Shown here piece after piece: positions 19,117 to 28,402 of a stretch of 64,000 nucleotides of DNA. Position numbers and translations under genes: made by a program. This DNA comes from an uncultured Alphaproteobacteria bacterium (GTDB lineage: Bacteria > Pseudomonadota > Alphaproteobacteria > RF32 > CAG-239): positions 2,422 through 66,421 of the forward strand of contig CAKQMH010000007.1 in assembly GCA_934254915.1 (NCBI GenBank). The letters run 5' to 3'. Positions within the stretch are counted from its first letter, which is position 1; each line of letters begins with the position of its first letter. The notes under the pieces were generated by a model that was not told the origin of the DNA, did no database searches, and was given only the letters and a program-made list of their open reading frames with translations.

Positions 19117-20139
19117 ATGAAACAAAACGTTATAGACGATTATAATATTATTTCGGGGCAGCAAAAAGCCGCTATTCTGATGTTGTCTTTGGATGAAGAG
19201 CGCTCTTCGCAATTATTTGCATTAATGGATGACGAAGAGATTAAGGAGCTTTCGGTTATTATGGCTTCTTTGGGCAAAATCAATTCTAATGTTGTCGAGC
19301 AACTGCTGCAGGAGTTTTCTGAAAAAATTTCTAACACCGGAACGCTTATCGGTACGTATGAAAGTACTGAACGTCTGTTGGCTAAGGCTTTGGATAAAGA
19401 TCGTGTTTCCATTATTATGGAAGAAATCCGCGGTCCGGCCGGACGTACAATGTGGGATAAACTTGGCAATGTTAACGAACATGTTTTGGCTAACTATCTT
19501 AAGAATGAATATCCGCAGACCATTGCCGTAATCCTTTCTAAAATCAAGGCGGAGCATGCGGCTAAAGTTTTGGCGCTTTTCCCTGAGAATTTTGCAATGG
19601 AAATTTTGATGCGTATGCTGCGTATGGATTCGGTGCAAAAAGAGGTTTTAGACGGCTTGGAAAAAACTTTGCGCAAAGAATTTATGAGCAACTTGTCAAA
19701 ATCGACACGCCGCGATTCGCATGAATTGATTGCCGATATTTTCAACTCCTTGGATCGCAATACCGAAACCCGCTTTATGGAAGCTTTGGAAGAACGTAAC
19801 CGTGAGAGTGCTGAACGCGTCAAGTCCTTGATGTTCACCTTTGAGGATTTGGTTCGTGTCGATTCACAAGGTATTCAGGTCTTGCTGCGTAATGTCGATA
19901 AAGATAAATTGGCAATTGCTCTGAAGGGTTCGTCTGAAACAATCAAAGATTTGTTCTTCAACAATATGTCTTCACGTGCCGGCAAAATCATCAAGGAAGA
20001 TATGGAAGCTATGGGGCCGGTTCGTTTGCGCGATGTTGAGGAAGCTCAACAATACATTGTTACGGCGACCAAAGATTTGGCTAACAGCGGTGAATTGGTT
20101 ATCAGTGAAGGTAAAGACAGCGATGAGCTGGTTTACTGA
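19117..20139 (+). CDS. fliG: Flagellar motor switch protein FliG
   Basis: 340 aa. KAAILMLSLDEE N-terminus; the C-terminal domain has the conserved charged torque helix region. Immediately follows fliF. Confidence 0.9.
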   Translation: MKQNVIDDYNIISGQQKAAILMLSLDEERSSQLFALMDDEEIKELSVIMASLGKINSNVVEQLLQEFSEKISNTGTLIGTYESTERLLAKALDKDRVSIIMEEIRGPAGRTMWDKLGNVNEHVLANYLKNEYPQTIAVILSKIKAEHAAKVLALFPENFAMEILMRMLRMDSVQKEVLDGLEKTLRKEFMSNLSKSTRRDSHELIADIFNSLDRNTETRFMEALEERNRESAERVKSLMFTFEDLVRVDSQGIQVLLRNVDKDKLAIALKGSSETIKDLFFNNMSSRAGKIIKEDMEAMGPVRLRDVEEAQQYIVTATKDLANSGELVISEGKDSDELVY

Positions 20140-20153
20140 TGGGGTGAGCAAGC

Positions 20154-20933
20154 GTGGCAGAGTTTCAGAAATATATGTTTGATAATTTTGTTGTTCCCAA
20201 TGACAATGAACCGGTCATTGATGAACCGCAGGTTATGACAACATCTGAAAATGAGGCTGCGCAAGATTTACCGTCATCGGAAAATACTGATACCATGCCG
20301 GAAGAAGTCGTTGCCGAAGCTACGGTTGAGCCGATGCCGCCGGCTGCACCTGAACCGGAAATAAAAGCCGAACCTACTGTCAGCTTTTCGCCTGAAGAAT
20401 TGGACGCAGAGGTTAAAAAAGCCGAAGAACGCGGTTATGAAAAAGGTTTTCAGGTTGCACAGAGCGAAAAAGAACAACGCCAATCATTATTATTAACCGA
20501 AATCAGCGGTAAGTTACAGGAATTATTGGATAATGCGGCGGCTGTGCAAACCAATTTGGAAGCAGAGCAGATGAGCTTAAGTGTCGAATTGGTGCGTAAA
20601 TTGTTACCGACATTGGAAAAAACGCAGGCTCAAGCCGAAGTCAAAAAGTTTTTGACCGATAACTTTGCTAATTTTCGCAAAGAGCCGGCGTTATCATTTA
20701 GTTTTAATCCCGAAGTGGTTGCCGCAATGCCTGAAATTATATCGAAACTGGCTTCACAAAATGATTTTGAGGGTAAAATTGCCATTCATAAAGATGCCAA
20801 TCTTGCTTTGACCGACTGTCGGGTTGAATGGCTTAATGGCGGAGTTGAACGCAATAATCATAAAATGCTTGAAAAAATGAGCGAATTATTTGATGATAAG
20901 ACCATGAATGGAAAAGAGAGGGAACATGGATAA
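20154..20933 (+). CDS. fliH: Flagellar assembly protein FliH/FlbE-like (GTG start)
   Basis: Acidic Pro-rich N-terminus, then AEERGYEKGFQVAQSE, which is FliH-like. It occupies the flbE slot of the Caulobacter fliF operon. Confidence 0.55.
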   Translation: MAEFQKYMFDNFVVPNDNEPVIDEPQVMTTSENEAAQDLPSSENTDTMPEEVVAEATVEPMPPAAPEPEIKAEPTVSFSPEELDAEVKKAEERGYEKGFQVAQSEKEQRQSLLLTEISGKLQELLDNAAAVQTNLEAEQMSLSVELVRKLLPTLEKTQAQAEVKKFLTDNFANFRKEPALSFSFNPEVVAAMPEIISKLASQNDFEGKIAIHKDANLALTDCRVEWLNGGVERNNHKMLEKMSELFDDKTMNGKEREHG

Positions 20934-21279
20934 AAATTTGGAATTAGACGAGTTAAACGAAACGGCATCCATGGATGATGAGCCGATTTTGCGCAAAAAT
21001 AATCCGACGGAAGATTTTGACATTCCAAGCTCCACCAGCGACTTGGAAGCTGTTTATAATATTCCGGTTAAGGTTTCGGCCATTTTGGGTAAAACGCAAA
21101 TGAAAGTCAGCCAGCTGATGAAGTTGAACAAAGGCGCGATTATTGAACTCGACCGCAAAGTCGGGGAGGCGATTGATATTTACGTTAACAATAATTTGGT
21201 TGCCCGCGGTGAAGTTGTCGTTGTTGATGACAAACTTGGTATTACCATGACTGAAATTGTCAAAACCGTAGCTAAATAG
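20926..21279 (+). CDS. fliN: Flagellar motor switch protein FliN (start at MDKNLE with a GAGAGGGA RBS; the longer ORF begins at 20908)
   Basis: C-terminal SpoA/FliN domain: VKVSAILGKTQMKVSQLMKLNKGAIIELDRKVGEAIDIYVNNNLVARGEVVVVDDKLGITMTEIV. Confidence 0.8.
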   Translation: MDKNLELDELNETASMDDEPILRKNNPTEDFDIPSSTSDLEAVYNIPVKVSAILGKTQMKVSQLMKLNKGAIIELDRKVGEAIDIYVNNNLVARGEVVVVDDKLGITMTEIVKTVAK

Positions 21280-21299
21280 TTGGATCGGCGGTAATAAAA

Positions 21300-22628
21300 A
21301 TGGAATTGTTGATTGTCGGAACTTTAGAAGGACAAATTGGTGCAGCCAGCAAAATTGCTATTGCGCAGGGCGGTCATGTGTCTTTAGCCGACAGTGTCGA
21401 GGCCGGACTTGAAATCTTGCGGTCGGGCAAAACCATTGAGTTGGTTATGATAGACGTTAAGCTTGATGTCTATAAGTTTATTTCCTCGTTGGAGCAGGAA
21501 CGCATTAATGTTCTGGTTGTAGCCTGCGGTGTGGCTAATGATCCGACTTTGGCGGTTAAAGCCATAAAAGCCGGCGCTAAGGAGTATATCCCTCTTCCTC
21601 CCGATGCCGAACTTATCGGAGCTGTTTTGGCGGCGGCCACGCGCGAAAATCACGCCCTGATTTACGGGGATAAAAAGACCGAAAATATTTTAAAAATGGC
21701 CAAGCAAATTGCCCCTTCGGAAGCCAGTGTGCTGTTGACCGGCTCTTCCGGAACCGGTAAAGAAATTTTTTCGCGCTTTATTCACGATAATTCCAAACGT
21801 GCCAATAAAAAGTTTGTGGCCGTAAACTGTGCGGCAATTCCCGAGACATTGTTGGAATCAGAGCTTTTCGGCTATGAAAAAGGCGCATTTACCGGCGCTG
21901 TCGCTCGTCGTATCGGCAAATTTGAGGAAGCCTCTGACGGAACATTGTTGCTGGATGAAATCTCCGAAATGGATATCGGTATTCAGGCCAAATTACTGCG
22001 TGCAATTCAGGAAAAAGAAATTGACCGTATCGGCGGTAAAGCTCCGATTAAAGTCAATACGCGGATTATTGCCACCTCCAACCGCAACTTGGATGAGGCT
22101 GTAAAAAACGGCACATTCCGCCAGGATTTGTATTATCGCTTGAACGTTATCGCAATTAATATTCCCGATTTGAAAGACCGTTCCGGCGACATTATCGTTT
22201 TGGCCAAGCATTTTATCAAAAAATATTCCGAACTCAATGACTTACCGATGAAAGATTTGTCTCCTGAGGCTGAGCAGATGCTGCTTAATTATCTGTGGCC
22301 GGGTAATGTTCGTGAGTTGGAAAATACGATTCATCGTGCGGTATTATTAAGTACCGGAGATGTTATTGGTCAGGATGCGATTATTTTGACCAGTCCCGAT
22401 GCTGTTATTAATTCTCAGGCCGCTGTGGCTGATAATAGCGGCAACAATAGTATGGTCGGGCAAACCGTTGCCGGAATGGAACGCAAGCTGATTATTGACA
22501 CCCTCAAACATACCATGGGTAACCGTACTACGGCAGCCAATATTTTAGGAATTTCAATCCGCACATTGCGTAACAAACTCAAACAATATCAGGAAGAGGG
22601 ATTTGATTTTCCCGCAGCTGAAGGATAA
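21300..22628 (+). CDS. flbD: Sigma-54-dependent flagellar transcriptional regulator (FlbD/FleR-like response regulator)
   Basis: Receiver-like N-terminus, an AAA+ sigma-54 activation domain with Walker A GSSGTGKE and GAFTGA, and a C-terminal HTH. Same position as flbD in the Caulobacter fliF operon. Confidence 0.8.
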   Translation: MELLIVGTLEGQIGAASKIAIAQGGHVSLADSVEAGLEILRSGKTIELVMIDVKLDVYKFISSLEQERINVLVVACGVANDPTLAVKAIKAGAKEYIPLPPDAELIGAVLAAATRENHALIYGDKKTENILKMAKQIAPSEASVLLTGSSGTGKEIFSRFIHDNSKRANKKFVAVNCAAIPETLLESELFGYEKGAFTGAVARRIGKFEEASDGTLLLDEISEMDIGIQAKLLRAIQEKEIDRIGGKAPIKVNTRIIATSNRNLDEAVKNGTFRQDLYYRLNVIAINIPDLKDRSGDIIVLAKHFIKKYSELNDLPMKDLSPEAEQMLLNYLWPGNVRELENTIHRAVLLSTGDVIGQDAIILTSPDAVINSQAAVADNSGNNSMVGQTVAGMERKLIIDTLKHTMGNRTTAANILGISIRTLRNKLKQYQEEGFDFPAAEG

Positions 22629-22639
22629 AATAATCGACA

Positions 22640-24754
22640 ATGGCAAAACAACCTCAAAATATGTTTGGTAGCAAAAGCTTTAAGGATATGCTCACGGGTG
22701 CAACCCGGCGCGGCGATATTTTCTTTGCCTTCGCCATAATTTTGATGCTGGTTATCCTGATTTTACCTTTACCGTCTTGGATTTTGGATGTTTTGTTGGC
22801 CTTTTCCATTACCATGTCGTGCATTGTGCTGATGATGTCTATTTTTATCGAAAAGCCGACCGAATTCAGTGCTTTTCCGCTGGTTTTGCTGATAACAACC
22901 TTATACCGCCTGTCCTTAAATCTGGCCTCTACGCGTCTGATTTTGGCCAAAGGTTATACCGGACCTGATGCCGCAGGTGAAGTTATTAAAGCTTTCGGCG
23001 GTTTTATCATGGGCAATAACTTTGTTATCGGTGTTATCGTTTTTGCGATTTTGGTATTGGTAAACTTTGTGGTTATTACCAAAGGTTCGGGACGTATTGC
23101 TGAAGTTGCCGCCCGTTTTGCTTTGGATGCGATGCCCGGTAAGCAAATGGCTATTGATGCTGACTTGTCTTCGGGCTTGATTAATGAAGATGAAGCGCGC
23201 AAACGCCGTGAGGATTTATCTAAAGAAAGCTCTTTTTACGGAGCTATGGATGGTGCTTCCAAGTTTGTCCGCGGAGATGCTATTGCCGGCTTGCTGATTG
23301 TGTTCATTAACATTGTCGCTGGTATTATTATCGGTATGGTGCAAAACCACTTAAGCTTCAGCGAGGCCAGCGAAACTTATATGCGTTTGACGGTCGGCGA
23401 TGGTTTGGTTTCGCAAGTTCCGGCACTGATTGTTTCGGTTGCCGCCGGTATTTTGGTGTCCAAGGCCGGTATGACCGATTCGACCGACAAAGTTTTGTTC
23501 GATCAGGTTGCCAACTATCCTAAAGCTTTGGGTATGAGTGCCTTTTTGGCCTTGGCTTTGGGAATGCTGCCCGGAACGCCGTTTGTACCATTCGTCATGT
23601 TGGCAACATTGACCGGTGCGACCGCGTATTATCTGGATAAACGCCAAAAAGAGCAGGCCGCTAAAGCCCAAGAAGTACTCGAGCAGGAGAAAAAACAAGG
23701 CAAACAGGCCAAAGCAGCTGATGAGCCGATTGCCAATGCTTTGCGGGTTGACCTGATTCGTCTGGAAATCGGTTATGGTCTGTTGCCGTTGATTAATGAA
23801 GAAACCAACCGTAAACTGACTGATCAGATTAAAGCCTTGCGCCGCGCATTGGCTTCCGAGCTTGGCTTTGTTATGCCCTCAATCCGTATTCAGGATAATA
23901 TGCAGCTGGAGGCTAACGAATATAATATTTACATCAAAGAAGTTCGGGCCGGCAAGGGGGAACTTCGCCCGACCAAATTATTGGTTATGGATCCGCGCGG
24001 CGAAGCGATTACTCTCCCCGGAGAAGCTACCTTTGAGCCGACTTTCGGGCTGAAAGCCATGTGGGTTGATCCTTCGTATCGTGAGGAAGCTATGTTCCGC
24101 GGCTATACGGTGGTCGATCCGGCTACGGTGGTTACAACCCATATTACCGAACTGGTCAAAGATAATATGCCCGAATTGTTGTCTTATGCCGAAACGCAAA
24201 AACTGCTTGATGAACTGGACAAAGAACATCAAAAACTTATCAAAGAGCTTATTCCGAGCAAAGTCAGCCTTGGTGCTTTGCAACGTATCTTGCAAAATCT
24301 GTTGCAGGAAAGAGTTTCAATTCGCGATTTGCCGACTATTTTGGAAGGCATTTCCGAGGCGGTTACCACTACGCGCAGCCTGATGATGATTACCGAGCAT
24401 GTTCGCGCTCGTTTGGCTCGCCAACTTTCCAATGCCTATGCCAATGAATTCGGAGTGATTTCTTTGGTTACCTTATCGCCGGAATGGGAACATGCTTTTG
24501 CCGAAGCTATTGTGGGCGAGGGTGATGAGCGTCAGTTGGCAATGGCTCCCAGCGCTTTACAAAGCTTTATTACCAAAGTCCGCAATACGATGGAAGAACT
24601 TGCCGCCAAAGGTGAAAGCGCCGTTCTTCTGACCAGTCCCGGCATTCGTCCGTTTGTTCGTTCTATCATTGAACGTTTCCGCCCGTTAACGGTGGTTATG
24701 TCGCAAAATGAAATTCATCCTAAGGCTAAAATCAAAACCGTCGGGCAGATTTGA
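22640..24754 (+). CDS. flhA: Flagellar biosynthesis protein FlhA (type III export gate)
   Basis: 704 aa, 8 TM N-terminal region with the FHIPEP signature (FALDAMPGKQMAIDADL) and a large cytoplasmic C-terminal domain. Confidence 0.95.
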   Translation: MAKQPQNMFGSKSFKDMLTGATRRGDIFFAFAIILMLVILILPLPSWILDVLLAFSITMSCIVLMMSIFIEKPTEFSAFPLVLLITTLYRLSLNLASTRLILAKGYTGPDAAGEVIKAFGGFIMGNNFVIGVIVFAILVLVNFVVITKGSGRIAEVAARFALDAMPGKQMAIDADLSSGLINEDEARKRREDLSKESSFYGAMDGASKFVRGDAIAGLLIVFINIVAGIIIGMVQNHLSFSEASETYMRLTVGDGLVSQVPALIVSVAAGILVSKAGMTDSTDKVLFDQVANYPKALGMSAFLALALGMLPGTPFVPFVMLATLTGATAYYLDKRQKEQAAKAQEVLEQEKKQGKQAKAADEPIANALRVDLIRLEIGYGLLPLINEETNRKLTDQIKALRRALASELGFVMPSIRIQDNMQLEANEYNIYIKEVRAGKGELRPTKLLVMDPRGEAITLPGEATFEPTFGLKAMWVDPSYREEAMFRGYTVVDPATVVTTHITELVKDNMPELLSYAETQKLLDELDKEHQKLIKELIPSKVSLGALQRILQNLLQERVSIRDLPTILEGISEAVTTTRSLMMITEHVRARLARQLSNAYANEFGVISLVTLSPEWEHAFAEAIVGEGDERQLAMAPSALQSFITKVRNTMEELAAKGESAVLLTSPGIRPFVRSIIERFRPLTVVMSQNEIHPKAKIKTVGQI

Positions 24755-24766
24755 GGATAAGCGCCG

Positions 24767-25720
24767 ATGAGAGTTAAAAATTTCATAGCGGCAAATATGA
24801 ACGAAGCCATGGCGCAAGTCCGAATGACGCTTGGTTCTGAGGCCGTAATCCTCTCTAATCAGATCCTGGACGGGCAGATTCATCTTACCGCCGCGGTTGA
24901 TGAACGTGATGACTTTGATTTCAATCCTGACGAGCGTCTTCGCGCCATAGATACCAAAATTTGGTTTGATGAACGCCATTTGCGCGAAAGTTTGGAATAT
25001 CACGGTGTTTTGGCATCCATCGCCGAAAAAATTTTGGCGCAGGCTCGAGATGTCGCTCGTTCACAACCGCAAGCCGATGAGCAAAAAGTTTTAAGTCAGG
25101 CTTTGGCTAAGGTATTTAAGTTTGATGGTCTGTTCGGTTCTGATTCGCAGGTAAAAGTTTTTATGGGGATTTCCGGCAGCGGTAAGTCCACCGCCATTGC
25201 CAAAATGGCCACTCAGGCTCGGTTGCAAAACATTAAAACCTTAATTGTCAGTACCGACAACATTCGCGCCGGCGCTAATAATCAGTTACAAGCATTTGCC
25301 AACATTTTGGAAGTCGATTTTGTCTTTCACAAACAGGCGGAAGAAGCGTTTAAATGTATTAATCAGGCTAAGCGCAATTATGGGCTTATCTTGGTTGATA
25401 CTGCCGGTATCAATCCTTATTATCAGGCAGAATTGGACAAGATTGCGCCGATTGTCGAAGCTTTAAAGGGAGATAAAATTTTAGTGCAGGATGCAGGACG
25501 CAACGTCTTTGAAGCGGTTGAAACGGCTGAATTGTTTAAGGATTTGGGCGCGGACTATTTATTACCGACCCGTTTGGATTTGACCCGACGCATCGGTGCT
25601 TTGATTTCTGCCGCCGGCTGTTGCAATCTTGCTTTTGCCGCCGCCGGTGTAAATTCGTCAATAGCTAAAGGATTAGCTCGTGTCGAAAGTTCATCATTAG
25701 CCAAACTTTTGTTAGCTTAA
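24767..25720 (+). CDS. flhF: Flagellar biosynthesis GTPase FlhF
   Basis: N-terminus MRVKNFIAANMNEAMAQVRMTLGSEAVIL is typical of FlhF. SRP-type GTPase P-loop GISGSGKST. Follows flhA. Confidence 0.8.
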   Translation: MRVKNFIAANMNEAMAQVRMTLGSEAVILSNQILDGQIHLTAAVDERDDFDFNPDERLRAIDTKIWFDERHLRESLEYHGVLASIAEKILAQARDVARSQPQADEQKVLSQALAKVFKFDGLFGSDSQVKVFMGISGSGKSTAIAKMATQARLQNIKTLIVSTDNIRAGANNQLQAFANILEVDFVFHKQAEEAFKCINQAKRNYGLILVDTAGINPYYQAELDKIAPIVEALKGDKILVQDAGRNVFEAVETAELFKDLGADYLLPTRLDLTRRIGALISAAGCCNLAFAAAGVNSSIAKGLARVESSSLAKLLLA

Positions 25721-25731
25721 AGGAAAGGAAA

Positions 25732-26538
25732 ATGGAAAATATACAAGAATTGACAATCGCTCCCGCCGGAACATCCGCCCGCAGTTTGCGTAAAGGGCGC
25801 AATATGTTGGCTATTGCCTCGGGCAAAGGCGGAGTTGGCAAAACCTGGTTTTCCATAACCTTGGCTCATGCTTTAAGCACGTTGCGGCAAAAAACTTTGC
25901 TGTTTGACGGCGATTTGGGTTTGGCCAATGTCGATATCCAGTTAGGTCTTATGGTGAAATACGATTTAGGCAGCGTCATTTCCGGCGCTATGAGCCTTAA
26001 TCAGGTGGTTCATCACTATGACAAAGGGCGGTTTGATGTTATTGCCGGACGTTCTGGCTCGGCCGGATTAGCCTCCATGCCGATAGGGCGGTTACAAATT
26101 TTGGGTGAGGATTTGAGCCTGCTGGCCGGTAATTACAATAAAGTCATATTGGATATGGGCGCCGGTGTTGAAAAGCCGGTACGCATACTTTCCGGTATGG
26201 CCGAAAAAATTATTGTTGTCTGCACGGACGAACCCACTTCTTTGACCGATGCCTACGCTTTTATCAAAATTATGACTATGCAATATCCGAAGAGTAATAT
26301 TAATATCGTTATTAATCAGGCTAATTCGGTGCGCGAGGGCCAACGTACGTATGATACTCTGCTCAAAGCCTGCAACAACTTCTTGAAAATAAATCCGCCT
26401 TTATTAGGTATAATCAGAAGAGATACGCGCGTTCGTGATTCGATTCGCAATCAAACTTCCATTATAAACCGCTATCCGACATCCGAGGCCGCCGAAGATG
26501 TTTTAGCCATTGCCAAGAGGTTAATCGCCAATGGATAA
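25732..26538 (+). CDS. flhG: Flagellar number regulator FlhG (MinD/ParA-family ATPase)
   Basis: Deviant Walker A: IASGKGGVGKTWFSITLA. About 268 aa and follows flhF. Confidence 0.8.
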   Translation: MENIQELTIAPAGTSARSLRKGRNMLAIASGKGGVGKTWFSITLAHALSTLRQKTLLFDGDLGLANVDIQLGLMVKYDLGSVISGAMSLNQVVHHYDKGRFDVIAGRSGSAGLASMPIGRLQILGEDLSLLAGNYNKVILDMGAGVEKPVRILSGMAEKIIVVCTDEPTSLTDAYAFIKIMTMQYPKSNINIVINQANSVREGQRTYDTLLKACNNFLKINPPLLGIIRRDTRVRDSIRNQTSIINRYPTSEAAEDVLAIAKRLIANG

Positions 26539-28387
26539 TGTAATTGCTTCAACCCTTAATCCCGCGATGACACCGCAGCTTGCCGATAAGATTGTTACCG
26601 GACAAATTGTGGAAATTCCCGAGGCGTTGAGCAATTTTAATATCGGCGATACTTTGCTGCTTAAAGTTCTGTTTGACAATAATGCTTTTAAGTTTAATCA
26701 GGATTTAAGTGTGCGTTTGCTGATTGACGGACAGGAAACCCCGCTTCATCTAAAGTTTGATATTCCTTTGAAGCTTGAGGCTGATGAGGCTCACCAAATT
26801 TTAGCTAAAGTGGTCGGACGTCCGACTGATTCTCGTATCAGTTTTTCGCTTATCAGTATTGATAATAAACGTCCTGACAGTTTTATCCTGCCGCCGCAAA
26901 CCTCAAAAAACACCCCATCGACGCCGGTTTTGGGCAATGAAAACTTAAAACCCGATGTCACTAATCAAATGGTTTCACCCAATGCGCCGATAATCAAAGA
27001 AGTCAACTCCGCTATCCAACAAGTTAGATTTGTGCCGCTGAAATTAGCGCCGGCCGTAACGGAAATTATGCAGGAATTTTCACTGCCGCCGGAGTTGCAA
27101 AATCGTATTTCTGCAGCGGTAAGCGATTTACGAATGAATGTTGAGCTGAAAGCTGTTTTGCCGACCCCGCAGGAAAACACCTCAATTTCGCAGTCCTTAG
27201 AGCAAGAAATTACCGCGCCATTGCGTCAACTGATAAGCAATATTGCGCTAGCACAGGACAAACCGCAGCAGCTGACCGCTTTAATCAACAATTTGGCTGC
27301 CGAAGTCAAAAATTTATCATTGCTGTCGCTGCCGGCTACGGCTCAGCTCAAAGGTGAAAACAACGTGCTGTTTTTTCAAACCCCGTTGGGTGAAGTGTTG
27401 CCGGAAACCTCGCTTAAATTTCCGCCGCAAACGCAGGTAATCTTACAGCTGAAAGAAGTCGAAACCGGTTCTGACACTCGTCCCGCAACAGTTAGCCAAC
27501 CGCCGGCGGCTAATTCGCAACCAGTATCGGAAAAATCGTTGTTAGGCAGTTTGTTGTCCAAATTGGTCGACGTCATCAAGCCACAGCCGGCTGAAGTTAA
27601 GCCTGAATTGAATGCTAAATCACTGCTTACTCCGTTGAAAGCCGAAACGTTACTTCCGACGGAAAAAAGTCTTCCGTTGCCGGAAACAGGTATGGTTATC
27701 AATACGCTTTCCTCTCGTATGCCCAACAGTTTATCGCCGCTTTTGGATATTTTAAAACCTTTGGCCGCTCAGCCGCAAGAAACACATGTCGCTACTCTTT
27801 TATTGGACAAGCTTCCGGCGCCGAATGATAAAATGTTGTCTAACCTGACTAATTATGTCAAAGCGGCTTCAACCCGCGATGTCAGTGCCTGGTTGGGTAA
27901 AGATTTGGTGCAGGAGCTTGATTCACTTGGCACTCAGGGTAAAGAGGTTATTGCCCGTGCAGCTGATTATGTAAGCCAAAATACGCGTGACGGCATCAGT
28001 TGGCGCACGGTCGAAATACCGCTTCTTGCCGGTTCGGAGCTTTCGCATATTCAATTGTCCATCAAAAAACCGCAGGACGAAGAAGAAAAAGATGTTCCGG
28101 CCGCTAAGCGCAAATCGGGTACACGGTTTTTGCTGGAAACCGAATTCACACGGTTGGGCAAATTTCAGTTCGATGGTTTTTCACTGCCCAAAGACCGGCG
28201 CTTTGATTTGGTTATTCGTACTACCCATCAGTTTTCGGAAGACTTTTGTTCGCAAATTATTCGGCTTTTCAAAACCTCTTTGCAGGAAGTTGATTATGTC
28301 GGTAACATAAATATCAATCTTAAGGAAAATTTTATTAAAATCGCTGAAACTGAAAATCATCAGTTGGATGACAGCATATATATTTAG
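26531..28387 (+). CDS. Hypothetical proline/glutamine/leucine-rich protein, 618 aa, possibly FliK-like
   Basis: Overlaps the flhG stop by 8 nt, on the same strand. No signal peptide. C-terminal block WRTVEIPLLAGSELSHIQLSIKK resembles the FliK Flg_hook block of the upstream FliK (INIQLKPEDLGHIEVKMQISK). Confidence 0.5.
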   Translation: MDNVIASTLNPAMTPQLADKIVTGQIVEIPEALSNFNIGDTLLLKVLFDNNAFKFNQDLSVRLLIDGQETPLHLKFDIPLKLEADEAHQILAKVVGRPTDSRISFSLISIDNKRPDSFILPPQTSKNTPSTPVLGNENLKPDVTNQMVSPNAPIIKEVNSAIQQVRFVPLKLAPAVTEIMQEFSLPPELQNRISAAVSDLRMNVELKAVLPTPQENTSISQSLEQEITAPLRQLISNIALAQDKPQQLTALINNLAAEVKNLSLLSLPATAQLKGENNVLFFQTPLGEVLPETSLKFPPQTQVILQLKEVETGSDTRPATVSQPPAANSQPVSEKSLLGSLLSKLVDVIKPQPAEVKPELNAKSLLTPLKAETLLPTEKSLPLPETGMVINTLSSRMPNSLSPLLDILKPLAAQPQETHVATLLLDKLPAPNDKMLSNLTNYVKAASTRDVSAWLGKDLVQELDSLGTQGKEVIARAADYVSQNTRDGISWRTVEIPLLAGSELSHIQLSIKKPQDEEEKDVPAAKRKSGTRFLLETEFTRLGKFQFDGFSLPKDRRFDLVIRTTHQFSEDFCSQIIRLFKTSLQEVDYVGNININLKENFIKIAETENHQLDDSIYI

Positions 28388-28402
28388 TAATAGGGAGCAG
28401 CA

